In this document: piece by piece, positions 26,286 through 35,073 of the stretch
Position numbering within the stretch: the stretch's first letter is position 1
Layout: the number at the start of each line of letters is the position of its first letter
Virus record (IMG/VR): IMGVR_UViG_3300005805_000209
Span: 1 to 38,495 of that record
Length of the DNA: 38,495 nt
Source: a virus
Taxonomy: Duplodnaviria > Caudoviricetes
Reading direction: 5' to 3' (one strand)
Program-made: the position numbers and the translations under genes
Notes under the pieces: model-generated
Database searches by the model: none
What the model was told of the DNA's origin: nothing
What the model saw: only the letters and a program-made list of their open reading frames with translations

Positions 26286-26601
26286 GTCGATTGAAGCCTT
26301 CATCCGAATGACAGGAGGCTACGCAGACCGAATCAACAACACCGGCATCTATGACCCGCGTACCGGCAGGTGGCGCAAGGGAGGCACGCGCAAGGGTATC
26401 GCAGACATCATGGCCAGCAAGCCAGTGACGCATGAAGGCCGAACCTTCGCAGTCAACGTAGCCATAGAGGTCAAGGTCGGCAAGGACCGTATGAGTGAGC
26501 ACCAACAGAAGATACGCGAAGAAGTGGAACGCGCTGGAGGTGTGTACATAATAGCACGAAACTGGGACACATTTATTGAACAATGGAATCAAATCAAATA
26601 G
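26161..26601 (+). CDS. VRR-NUC domain nuclease (possible Holliday junction resolvase)
   Basis: KGIADI...IEVKVGKDRMSEHQ...GGVYIIAR. Confidence 0.85.
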   Translation: MTLEQLTQLANMQKIAKHPTVPLHALPSVKKFSESSANELTRSIEAFIRMTGGYADRINNTGIYDPRTGRWRKGGTRKGIADIMASKPVTHEGRTFAVNVAIEVKVGKDRMSEHQQKIREEVERAGGVYIIARNWDTFIEQWNQIK

Positions 26602-26843
26602 ACCGAATACTCACCGCCAAGGGCTACCGCCTCAAGGCACTCATTGAAGCACTCAAGCAGGGCGGCTCAATCCGACTACTGGCCAAGACCGTAGGATGCA
26701 CCGAACGTAGTGTATACCGTGACCTGCTCACACTCCGCGCCAAAGGATTCAACATAGTCAAGGTCAGAGCCAGCTACTACAAAATCATGTGCCTGCTACT
26801 CTTGCTAAGCAGTTGTGCACCGAAGACTTATCCTATATTCTAA
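26583..26843 (+). CDS. HTH protein with hydrophobic C-terminal tail
   Basis: LAKTVGCTERSVYRDL helix-turn-helix. Confidence 0.65.
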   Translation: MESNQIDRILTAKGYRLKALIEALKQGGSIRLLAKTVGCTERSVYRDLLTLRAKGFNIVKVRASYYKIMCLLLLLSSCAPKTYPIF

Positions 26844-27178
26844 TGAGAATTTTAGCAACCGCCGCACTCATCACCGTTCTAGGAACGGCACAGGCGCAAA
26901 CCGAAACGGACAGCACTCTCCGTACGATGAACAAAGTGCAACTGTCAAACACCTACCTCGAAGAGGTCAACCGCGTAACCCTCAAGTTAATAGACACCGC
27001 ATGGGGTGACCGCTCCGGAACCGTGCCAGACACCAAGTATACGCAAGGCAAGTTCAAGAAGGTAGTTGCAAAGCAAGCCGCCTACACCGAGACCCTCAAG
27101 GCTCAGCTGCTTGAACTGGTGCCATACGCCGACACCGATCAGCTCATCAACGCAATCATCTATCTACGTAAACTATGA
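26843..27178 (+). CDS. Exported protein with Sec signal peptide
   Basis: MRILATAALITVLGTAQA|Q; TAATG coupling. Confidence 0.65.
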   Translation: MRILATAALITVLGTAQAQTETDSTLRTMNKVQLSNTYLEEVNRVTLKLIDTAWGDRSGTVPDTKYTQGKFKKVVAKQAAYTETLKAQLLELVPYADTDQLINAIIYLRKL

Positions 27179-27510
27179 ACATCTACAAGACCATCGGCCA
27201 GCTCGTTGTAGTCATTCTGATCTGCATCCTGGTCAATCACATCATGGCTCCGAAAGCTGTGGAGGATCCCTTCAAGTTTGCCGACCAAGAGCGACTGGAC
27301 CGGATGGAAACACGCCTCGACTTCGACCGTGCGATTTACGAAAAACTCAATAACCAGTTCGACTCACTCAGTAAACTCAAGCCAGTCAATGAAACCAAAA
27401 TCATCCGTATCCGTGAGAACCGCGGTGCTAGCAATGACATCATTAGTCGCATGTCTAGCGATGAGCTCACAAGCATACTGTCAAGCCGCTACAAAGACTC
27501 AGCGCGATAG
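27175..27510 (+). CDS. N-terminal TM plus coiled-coil protein (spanin-like)
   Basis: LVVVILICILV anchor; overlaps the next gene. Confidence 0.55.
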   Translation: MNIYKTIGQLVVVILICILVNHIMAPKAVEDPFKFADQERLDRMETRLDFDRAIYEKLNNQFDSLSKLKPVNETKIIRIRENRGASNDIISRMSSDELTSILSSRYKDSAR

Positions 27511-27838
27511 TCTGGTACTCATCCCCAAGCAGCTAGTGGTCTACATGCTCCAGGACCTGGTGCAAGCTGACTCCGATCGTGTCGAACTTCAGCTCTCAGC
27601 CGAACAAGTGGCCTTGCAAAATGACCTCATTGCCAAGCAGACTGAGATGGTCAACATCCTCCAGAAACGCATAACAATCTTAACTGAAACCTATCAAACA
27701 TGTACAACCGACAGGGACTCACTTTTTGTCCAGTATGTCGAGCTCACCAAGAAGCACCGCAGGCTGAAGAAGTCGCGCAACTTTTGGAGCTCTTTGGCGG
27801 GAGTCTTTGGCGGTCTGTTCGCAATCAAAGCTCTATGA
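27389..27838 (+). CDS. Signal peptide, coiled coil and C-terminal TM protein (spanin-like partner)
   Basis: Starts inside the preceding gene; KKSRNFWSSLAGVFGGLFAI end. Confidence 0.55.
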   Translation: MKPKSSVSVRTAVLAMTSLVACLAMSSQAYCQAATKTQRDSLVLIPKQLVVYMLQDLVQADSDRVELQLSAEQVALQNDLIAKQTEMVNILQKRITILTETYQTCTTDRDSLFVQYVELTKKHRRLKKSRNFWSSLAGVFGGLFAIKAL

Positions 27839-27978
27839 TGAACATCAACACCTACTTGCTGTCGGCATTCATCCGACTGCGACTGATCAACGGCATCCCT
27901 ACCCGCCGCGAGATTGTTGACCGTATTCTGAAGACTAGCACCAGGAGCGTGTTCCCTGAAGGTTGGGAGTTTCGCTAG
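27835..27978 (+). CDS. Small hypothetical protein
   Basis: ATGA coupling; 47 aa. Confidence 0.4.
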   Translation: MMNINTYLLSAFIRLRLINGIPTRREIVDRILKTSTRSVFPEGWEFR

Positions 27979-27986
27979 TTTTCAAC

Positions 27987-28022
27987 AAGTGACCCTGTAA
28001 GGTCACTTTCATATTAAGTTTG
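27987..28022 (+). promoter_or_regulatory. Hairpin AAGTGACC-CTGTAA-GGTCACTT followed by -7 box TAAGTTTG
   Basis: Perfect 8-bp stem; TAnnTTTG at 28015-28022. Confidence 0.6.
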
Positions 28023-28026
28023 TTCC

Positions 28027-28116
28027 AACCATACCGTCGGACCTCTACCTGACGGCATGGTCATGCCCAGCAGAATTGGGAGTCAGTGTGTAGAGGCATT
28101 GGCTCCCTTTCTTTTT
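28027..28116 (+). ncRNA. Candidate structured leader RNA / attenuator: two hairpins with complementary loops and a U-tract
   Basis: Loop CCTCTAC (28042-48) complements loop GTAGAGG (28090-96); second stem followed by TTTCTTTTT. Confidence 0.55.
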
Positions 28117-28127
28117 CCCCAACAATC

Positions 28128-28883
28128 ATGAACCAAGGATGGATAAAATTACCCAGGTCGATACAGAATCAGCCCTGGTGGAGCGACCCTGAAATCATCA
28201 AACTGTACATCCATCTGCACATGATGGCAGCGGTTGACCCCTACACAACCATGTGGGAAGGAAGGCCGTTTACAGTCCAAAAAGGGCAGCTCATAACAGG
28301 CCGGAAACGCCTCGCAGATTCTCTAAACCTGTCAAAAAGTAAGGTTGAACGCGGACTACAAATGCTCCAAAACTGCTCCCAAATCGGACAACAAACGAGC
28401 CGCACAAGTCGCTTAATTACAATCAATTACGAAGGTCTTGATGTTTCGACCGGACAACCTTCGGACACCAATCGGACACCAATCGGTCCCAAATCGGACA
28501 CTTATTTAAAGAATAAGAATAAGAATATAATAAGAAAAGAAGATGTTGACGTTGGAGCAACGCCACCGCCGCCGACTTATTGGTATGGGCTGTTTAACCA
28601 GCTGAATGCAGATCAGGTCAACAGGGACCTGGTGATGAAAACTTACCGCATGTCAGCCGACCAGTTCACCCATCAGCTCAAGCAGTTCTTTCGCGAAAAG
28701 GAAGTGAACCAAAAGACTTGGGAGAACTTCAGCGACTGCAAGTCCAACTTCTTTTACTGGCTTAAGGTTCAGGGTGACCGCGTCCGCGAACCCCTGCCGA
28801 TATCTGACCAGGCAAGCATCAAAGCCGATATTGATGACTTTTACAACAGCAGAATGTCACCTATTGACCGCCTCGGCATATGA
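28128..28883 (+). CDS. Replication initiator (replisome organiser, wHTH)
   Basis: MNQGWIKLPRSI...KGQLITGRKRLA...ITINY; internal iterons. Confidence 0.8.
   Translation: MNQGWIKLPRSIQNQPWWSDPEIIKLYIHLHMMAAVDPYTTMWEGRPFTVQKGQLITGRKRLADSLNLSKSKVERGLQMLQNCSQIGQQTSRTSRLITINYEGLDVSTGQPSDTNRTPIGPKSDTYLKNKNKNIIRKEDVDVGATPPPPTYWYGLFNQLNADQVNRDLVMKTYRMSADQFTHQLKQFFREKEVNQKTWENFSDCKSNFFYWLKVQGDRVREPLPISDQASIKADIDDFYNSRMSPIDRLGI
28449..28543 (+). repeat. Probable replication origin: five tandem 11-bp iterons (core TCGGACAC) plus an A-rich tract
   Basis: CGGAC/CGGTC at 28451, 28462, 28473, 28484, 28495, then AAGAATAAGAATAAGAAT. Confidence 0.75.
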
Positions 28884-30715
28884 CACAGGTAACCTACTTC
28901 CAGACATACAAGTCAACCCAACCCTTCTACATCGGCATCGACAAGGCTATTGACCGAATCCGCACCGGAGCCATCAAGCCGCTAATCGACCAACTCCGAG
29001 CCATCCAAGACAAGGACGAAGCCAAGGCCTTCAAGTCCAAGAACCTGCCCTGCATCCTGTTCGCCGGAACCTTCGACAAGCGCAATGATGCTGGACTGAT
29101 ACAGCACTCCGGTATGTGCATCCTTGACTTCGACCATGTCGACACCGCAGCCTACAAAGCTGAACTGTCAGCCAAACCTTGGATAGTCGCAGCCTTCATA
29201 TCACCCTCCGGAGATGGCATCAAGGCCGTAGCGCGCATACCCGCCGAGCCTAACCGGCACCGCGACTACTTCAGAGGTATCCAACAGGCACTATCCTACA
29301 TGCCTGGCTTCGACCAGACCTCAATCAACATAAGCCGCATCTGCTTCGAGTCCTACGACCCCGACATCTACTTCAACCCAACAGCTCAAGAGTTCACCGA
29401 CCTGGTGGAGGATGTCAAGGCCGAACCCACCAAGGAGCAACGCAAAGCCATCGTAACCGACTACACCAAGCTGAACCAGGCAGTCCAGATGGTCGTGACA
29501 GCACCGGATGGAGCTAAGCATGCTGAACTGCTCAAGGCCGCTCGTTTGTGCGGTGGGTGGGTCGCAGGTGGGCAGGTTGACCGTGAGGACGCATTACAGG
29601 CTCTCCAGAAGGCTATCGGTAGTCGGAACGTGTCTAACATCCAACAAGCCTACAAAACCATTCAGGATGGCTTAGATTACGGAATCAACGCGCCTCTGGT
29701 GAATCCCGAGGTCAACCTTGTCGATGATGACTTCTCGTTCATATCAACCCAAGAGGAGGAGCAGGAGTACCTTGGACTGGTCAGAACCCAAACCCTCCCG
29801 CAAGGTCTGTCAACCGGATACGAGGAGTTCGACCGACACTACCGATTCAAGCGCGGTAACCTGGTTATCATCAACGGACATGACAATGTCGGAAAGTCTA
29901 GCTTCCTTTGGTACCTGGCAACCGTAGCCAATGTCCTCCACGGCTGGAAGTGGATCATGTACTGTGCTGAGAACTCCGAGCCGCAAGTCCGCAAGACCAT
30001 CATGCAGTTCCGTGCCGGCAAAGCACTCCACGAAATGAATCCTGTGGAGTATGAACATCACCTGAAGTGGGCCTATGAGAACTTCACGATCATCAAGTCC
30101 GACAAGATCGTGACAGCTCACGAGCTGCTCATCATGGCTCAAAAGATTAACGCCAGGTCATTCCACGATGCCTTCCTAATCGACCCGTACAACGCCCTTG
30201 ACCTTGACCTGGAGAACACCAAGATGAACTCACACGAGTATCACTACCGCGTCACCTCCGAGTTCCGTGCCTTCTGCAAACGCAACGAGACTGCCATATA
30301 TCTGAACTGCCACGCCGTAACTGAAGCCCTGCGCAGAACCCACAAGGACGGACCCTATACCAACTACCCAATGGCTCCGAACAAAGCCGACACGGAAGGC
30401 GGTGGTAAGTTCGCCAACCGCGCTGATGACTTTATAACCATACACCGCTACACCCAGCACCCAACCGATTACAACCTCACCGAGATACACGTGCGCAAGA
30501 TCAAGGAGACAGAGACCGGAGGTCGACCAACCCTCAAGGATGATCCTATCAAGTTCAAGATGGAGCGCGGCATATACGGTTTCTTTAACCCAGTCAACGG
30601 CTTCAACCCTCTCGTGTCCGAGTCGATGAAAGCCGAACGAGCTCAGCGCGCTATTCACAAGCTGGTGTTGAAAGATGAGGATGAAGTCAAGGACTTGGGA
30701 GACTGTCCTTATTAA
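28880..30715 (+). CDS. Primase-helicase (BT4734/VirE-N-like domain plus SF4 DnaB-like helicase)
   Basis: LPCILFAGTF, LDFD, SPSGDGIK, ESYDP; Walker A GHDNVGKS; IDPYN. Confidence 0.85.
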   Translation: MTQVTYFQTYKSTQPFYIGIDKAIDRIRTGAIKPLIDQLRAIQDKDEAKAFKSKNLPCILFAGTFDKRNDAGLIQHSGMCILDFDHVDTAAYKAELSAKPWIVAAFISPSGDGIKAVARIPAEPNRHRDYFRGIQQALSYMPGFDQTSINISRICFESYDPDIYFNPTAQEFTDLVEDVKAEPTKEQRKAIVTDYTKLNQAVQMVVTAPDGAKHAELLKAARLCGGWVAGGQVDREDALQALQKAIGSRNVSNIQQAYKTIQDGLDYGINAPLVNPEVNLVDDDFSFISTQEEEQEYLGLVRTQTLPQGLSTGYEEFDRHYRFKRGNLVIINGHDNVGKSSFLWYLATVANVLHGWKWIMYCAENSEPQVRKTIMQFRAGKALHEMNPVEYEHHLKWAYENFTIIKSDKIVTAHELLIMAQKINARSFHDAFLIDPYNALDLDLENTKMNSHEYHYRVTSEFRAFCKRNETAIYLNCHAVTEALRRTHKDGPYTNYPMAPNKADTEGGGKFANRADDFITIHRYTQHPTDYNLTEIHVRKIKETETGGRPTLKDDPIKFKMERGIYGFFNPVNGFNPLVSESMKAERAQRAIHKLVLKDEDEVKDLGDCPY

Positions 30716-30745
30716 CTATATTTACACCGATAAACACCAACTAAG

Positions 30746-30955
30746 ATGGCATACGAACACAAGCCGAACAGCGGAAGCGCATTCGCAAACAAGAAGAAGA
30801 CTACCGACAATCACCCTGACTTCACAGGCACCGCAATGATTGACGGCAAACTGATGGACATCTCAATCTGGATGAAGACTTCAGCTCAAGGTACTGAGTA
30901 CTTCAGCCTATCCTTCCGCACAAAGACCGCGAACCACGCGCCTGACATGCCGTGA
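30746..30955 (+). CDS. Small DUF736-like (possible ssDNA-binding) protein
   Basis: GSAFANK...HPDFTG...W...YFSLSF. Confidence 0.65.
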   Translation: MAYEHKPNSGSAFANKKKTTDNHPDFTGTAMIDGKLMDISIWMKTSAQGTEYFSLSFRTKTANHAPDMP

Positions 30956-31599
30956 AGATTAGCCTCCTCCACCCTTCCTTAGGCCGTCCGGAGCAAGCAT
31001 GGCAAACGTTTGAACAGTGGATAACTGCAAGTAGTATGGCTATGGATGACATTGAGTACATCCTATCCCTCAACAGCACAGATGTTACACGTGAACGCTA
31101 TCGTACTCTGTTTGAGACGTTTAGCCACGCCACAATCCTGTCAAGCAACAGCACAAACATGGTTGCAGCAAGCAATGTAGCAGCCGAGCATTCAACTGGA
31201 GACATCTTAGTTCTTATGTCGGATGACATGTTTCCGCCGTGGATGTGGGATGTGTCGCTCAAGGCTGAGTTCACCGACGATACACCGACCGTTCTGCAAG
31301 TTCACGACGGGATCCGCAATGACATTATGACCCTTCCGATCATGAACCGCGCTGCCTACAATAAGCTCGGATACATATATCACCCGAAGTACCTAAGCAT
31401 GTACGCCGACAATGACCTGGCAGAGACGGCAAAGGCTCACGGAATGTACAAGGTCAGTGAGTTGCAGTTCGAGCACAAGCACTACTCGGTAGGCAAGGCA
31501 CCAGTCGATGAAACCTATCGGAAGGAGAACAGCAAGGTCAGCTATGAGTACGGCTTCCGTACCTTTGAGTACCGCAAACGTCAAGGCTTCCCACTATGA
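30952..31599 (+). CDS. Glycosyltransferase family 2-like
   Basis: ISLLHPSLGRP, GDILVLMSDDMFP, SMYADND. Confidence 0.82.
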   Translation: MKISLLHPSLGRPEQAWQTFEQWITASSMAMDDIEYILSLNSTDVTRERYRTLFETFSHATILSSNSTNMVAASNVAAEHSTGDILVLMSDDMFPPWMWDVSLKAEFTDDTPTVLQVHDGIRNDIMTLPIMNRAAYNKLGYIYHPKYLSMYADNDLAETAKAHGMYKVSELQFEHKHYSVGKAPVDETYRKENSKVSYEYGFRTFEYRKRQGFPL

Positions 31600-32171
31600 A
31601 CATCTGGACAATCGCCATTCTAACCGTCACTGGTCGTGAGAAGTATCTCGAACGCTTGCGGGCAGTCCTTGACCCGCAGCTTGAGTGGCAACCTGTGGAG
31701 GTGATTGTTCTGAAGGATGCCAGGGAGCGGTCAATCGGCGAGAAGCGACAGATGGCTCTTGACATGTGCAAGACTCCCTACATCAGCTTCATTGACGATG
31801 ACGATCTGATATCACCGAAATACGTGCAGACCTTGCTGCCGTTCCTGAAGAAGGGCTGCTACGGCGTAGGCTTCCGAGGTATCATGACAAGCAGGAACAA
31901 CACCGCAATGGAGTTCGTGCACAAGGCAGGACTACCGTACGCGGCGAAGCCAACCTTGTATAACGGTACGCCGCTGTACACCAGGCCACTGAATCACCTG
32001 AACCCAGTCATGACGGACATCGCACGCGAGATAGGCTACCAGCACATCAGTGAGGGCGAGGACTATGACTTCGCGCTGCGGTTGGCTGCGAGTGGACTGA
32101 TTAAGGACCAGTGCTTCGCGGACACCTTCCTGTACTTCTATCAGTTCAGAGGCAAAGACAAAAAGATATAA
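31596..32171 (+). CDS. Glycosyltransferase family 2-like
   Basis: SIGEKR...YISFIDDDD, GEDYDF. Confidence 0.85.
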   Translation: MNIWTIAILTVTGREKYLERLRAVLDPQLEWQPVEVIVLKDARERSIGEKRQMALDMCKTPYISFIDDDDLISPKYVQTLLPFLKKGCYGVGFRGIMTSRNNTAMEFVHKAGLPYAAKPTLYNGTPLYTRPLNHLNPVMTDIAREIGYQHISEGEDYDFALRLAASGLIKDQCFADTFLYFYQFRGKDKKI

Positions 32172-32172
32172 C

Positions 32173-32481
32173 ATGGCAAAGACATACAGCGACTACCCGC
32201 GTGCAGTCAGTGAGGCAGCGGAGCGCGGCATCCGGCTTAACGAGGAGGTCGGCAACAAGTGTGCAACGCAGGTCGGCAAGGTTCGAGCGCAACAGCTCAG
32301 CCAAGGCCAACCGCTGTCACTGATGACGGTCAAGCGGATGTACAGCTACCTGAGTAGGGCGGCGGAGTACTACGACCCCAAGGATACCAAGGCATGCGGG
32401 ACAATCAGCTACCTACTGTGGGGCGGTGAACCTGCGCTACGGTGGGCGGAGCGGATACTCAAGCAGGAGGGTGAGGTATGA
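32173..32481 (+). CDS. Conserved phage hypothetical protein (YSDYP...CATQVGK...LLWGG)
   Basis: Motif pattern recalled from phage proteins; function unknown. Confidence 0.75.
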   Translation: MAKTYSDYPRAVSEAAERGIRLNEEVGNKCATQVGKVRAQQLSQGQPLSLMTVKRMYSYLSRAAEYYDPKDTKACGTISYLLWGGEPALRWAERILKQEGEV

Positions 32482-33149
32482 TCGACCTGAACAAGCACAG
32501 CAAGAAGACCTACTCGCAGAACGGTGAGGACGGCATGATAGCGACAATCTTCGAGCACCTCGGTATCGAGCGCGGTACCTACCTGGAGATGGGTGCCGGT
32601 GATGGCATGGACATCAGCAACACGCGCCTACTGCGTGAGCGCGGCTGGCACGGCGTACTGATTGAGGGCAATCCTGTGGACTATGCAAAACTTGCATCCA
32701 ACTGCAAGGGCCAGCACCTAATCAACCGGTACATCGACTGCGAGCCGGACAATAGCATGGACTACTGGCTGAGCAGTTCACCGCTGCCGACAGACTTCGA
32801 CTTTATGAGCCTTGACATTGACGGCAATGACCTATGGGTGTGGGATAGCATGAAGCAGTACGTGCCCAAGGTCGTGTGCATTGAGTACAACTACACTGTC
32901 AAGGAATCGTTGACCATTGCCTACGACCCTGCGCATCGGTTCAACAATGACAACTACTTCGGAGCAAGCGCGGCGGCACTGTGCAAGCTAGCTAATGCCA
33001 AGGGCTACAAGCTAATCGGCTGGACGCTGATGCACAACTTGTTCTTCATCCGTGAGGAGCTTGCCGATGGATTCACACACTACACTGCCGAGCAGGTACC
33101 AACTGGTGGAGGATGGCCTCAAAGTTCACGGAAGCTGGTGTCCTACTAG
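32478..33149 (+). CDS. FkbM-like SAM methyltransferase
   Basis: YSQNGEDG, EMGAGDG..SNT, SLDIDGND, PKVVCIEYN. Confidence 0.85.
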   Translation: MIDLNKHSKKTYSQNGEDGMIATIFEHLGIERGTYLEMGAGDGMDISNTRLLRERGWHGVLIEGNPVDYAKLASNCKGQHLINRYIDCEPDNSMDYWLSSSPLPTDFDFMSLDIDGNDLWVWDSMKQYVPKVVCIEYNYTVKESLTIAYDPAHRFNNDNYFGASAAALCKLANAKGYKLIGWTLMHNLFFIREELADGFTHYTAEQVPTGGGWPQSSRKLVSY

Positions 33150-33200
33150 TCGAGCTCAGCGGATGGATGTGCCTACTATTCATACTATCACTCTTTGCCT

Positions 33201-34196
33201 ATGCCATCAGCACTTATCTCGGGCGTGACCGGTCAGGACGGTAGCTACCTTGCCGAGCTTCTACTCAGCAAGGGATACATCGTGCATGGCATCAAGCGCA
33301 GGTCGAGCTCTATCAACACCGAGCGCATCGACCACATCTTCGACCACCCCAACTTCGAGCTCCACTACGGTGACTTGACTGACTCACTGAACATCGTGAG
33401 CCTGCTAAAACAAACCGATCCGGATGAAGTGTACAACCTTGGAGCCATGTCGCATGTCGCTGTGAGCTTCGAGATGCCAGAGTACACGGCCAACGTGGAT
33501 GCACTCGGTACGCTTCGGATGCTGGAGGCGATACGGATGTTAGGTATGAAGTGCAAGTTCTACCAGGCAAGCACCTCGGAGCTGTACGGCCTGGTGCAAG
33601 AGACACCACAGAAGGAGACCACCCCGTTCTACCCGCGCTCACCCTACGCAGTCGCTAAGCTCTACGCCTACTGGATTACGGTCAACTACCGCGAGGCCTA
33701 CAACATGTTCGCATGCAACGGCATCCTGTTCAACCACGAGAGCCCACGCAGAGGTGAGACCTTTGTGACTCGCAAGGTTACGCGCGGCATAGCCAAGTGG
33801 CTCAGCGGAGGTCCCGCGATCAGGCTCGGCAACCTCAATGCAGTACGTGACTGGGGCCACGCCAAGGACTACGTGAGGGGTATGCACCTGATGCTTCAGC
33901 AAGACCAGCCCAAGGACTACGTGCTAGCGACAGGAGTCATGACTACTGTCAAGCAGTGGGTAGAGATGTGTTTCGAGGCTGTGGGCAAGCAGATAGAGTG
34001 GAGTGCTACCGGTGGATACGTTGACGGTCGGATGGCAGTGCGGCACGATAGTCGCTACCTTAGGCCAACGGAGGTTGACTTGCTGTGCGGAGACGCAAGC
34101 AAGGCGAAGACAGAGATGGGATGGACACCAGAGTTCACAGTTCGGGAACTCGCTAACGATATGATGAAACATGAGTACACTGATTCTAGGAGCTAA
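33201..34196 (+). CDS. gmd: GDP-mannose 4,6-dehydratase
   Basis: [52 protein letters not shown]. Confidence 0.97.
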   Translation: MPSALISGVTGQDGSYLAELLLSKGYIVHGIKRRSSSINTERIDHIFDHPNFELHYGDLTDSLNIVSLLKQTDPDEVYNLGAMSHVAVSFEMPEYTANVDALGTLRMLEAIRMLGMKCKFYQASTSELYGLVQETPQKETTPFYPRSPYAVAKLYAYWITVNYREAYNMFACNGILFNHESPRRGETFVTRKVTRGIAKWLSGGPAIRLGNLNAVRDWGHAKDYVRGMHLMLQQDQPKDYVLATGVMTTVKQWVEMCFEAVGKQIEWSATGGYVDGRMAVRHDSRYLRPTEVDLLCGDASKAKTEMGWTPEFTVRELANDMMKHEYTDSRS

Positions 34197-35073
34197 GGGC
34201 ATGGTAGGTAGCGCACTGATGCGGCGCATACCTGGAGCCATCGGCATCACTCGGCAAGACTGCGACCTGCGGGACTTCAGTCAGACGCTCGCCGTGTTCA
34301 ACAAGCACAAGCCCACGCAAGTCTACATGGCTGCGGCAAAGGTTGGCGGCATCCTTGCCAACGATAGGCAACCGGTTGACTTCCTCCACGACAACTTGCT
34401 CATACAATGCAACGCGATGAAGGCCGCGCACATGAGCGATGTTGACCGCTTGCTGTTCCTTGGTTCATCCTGCATCTACCCCAAGAACTCAAGCCAGCCA
34501 TTGAACCCGCACCACCTGATGTCTGGCAAGCTGGAGAGTACCAACAGCGCGTATGCTATGGCTAAGCTCAGCGGCATTGAGCTAGTGAACAGCTACCGCA
34601 GGCAGTACAAGCGCAAGTGGTTCAGCGTGCTGCCAACTAACTTGTACGGACCTGGTGATAACTACGACCTAAACAACTCGCATGTAGTGGCGGCACTGAT
34701 TCGCAAGATCATTGAAGCCAAGAAGCACCGCGAGTCCTACGTGGAGATATGGGGCACCGGTTCGGTCATGCGTGAGTTCCTGCATGTCGATGATTGCGCG
34801 GATGCGTGTGTGTTCCTGATGAACGAGGGCTACAACAACTCCGTGCCAGTGAACATAGGCACAGGTTTAGACATGACAATCAAGGAGCTGGCAATGATTA
34901 TCAGCGACATCGTGGAGTATCGCGGTTCGTTCATGTATAACACCAACCTACCTGACGGCGTGAGGCGCAAGATGCTTGATGTATCTACGCTTCGCAGCTA
35001 CGGATGGAGGCATACAATACCGCTGAGACGCGGCCTTGAGCAGACTATAACTTTGTACAAACAATTACAATGA
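34171..35073 (+). CDS. fcl: GDP-L-fucose synthase
   Basis: [48 protein letters not shown]. Confidence 0.95.
   Translation: MSTLILGAKGMVGSALMRRIPGAIGITRQDCDLRDFSQTLAVFNKHKPTQVYMAAAKVGGILANDRQPVDFLHDNLLIQCNAMKAAHMSDVDRLLFLGSSCIYPKNSSQPLNPHHLMSGKLESTNSAYAMAKLSGIELVNSYRRQYKRKWFSVLPTNLYGPGDNYDLNNSHVVAALIRKIIEAKKHRESYVEIWGTGSVMREFLHVDDCADACVFLMNEGYNNSVPVNIGTGLDMTIKELAMIISDIVEYRGSFMYNTNLPDGVRRKMLDVSTLRSYGWRHTIPLRRGLEQTITLYKQLQ
35048..35055 (+). promoter_or_regulatory. Possible -7 box TAACTTTG before the ParB-MTase/terminase genes
   Basis: TAnnTTTG match 14 nt before ATG 35070, but inside the end of fcl. Confidence 0.4.

Noticed and set aside
28086-28127. N-terminal extension of the initiator from GTG 28086
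   Set aside because: Lies inside the terminator-like hairpin; the family-typical start is MNQGWIKL at 28128
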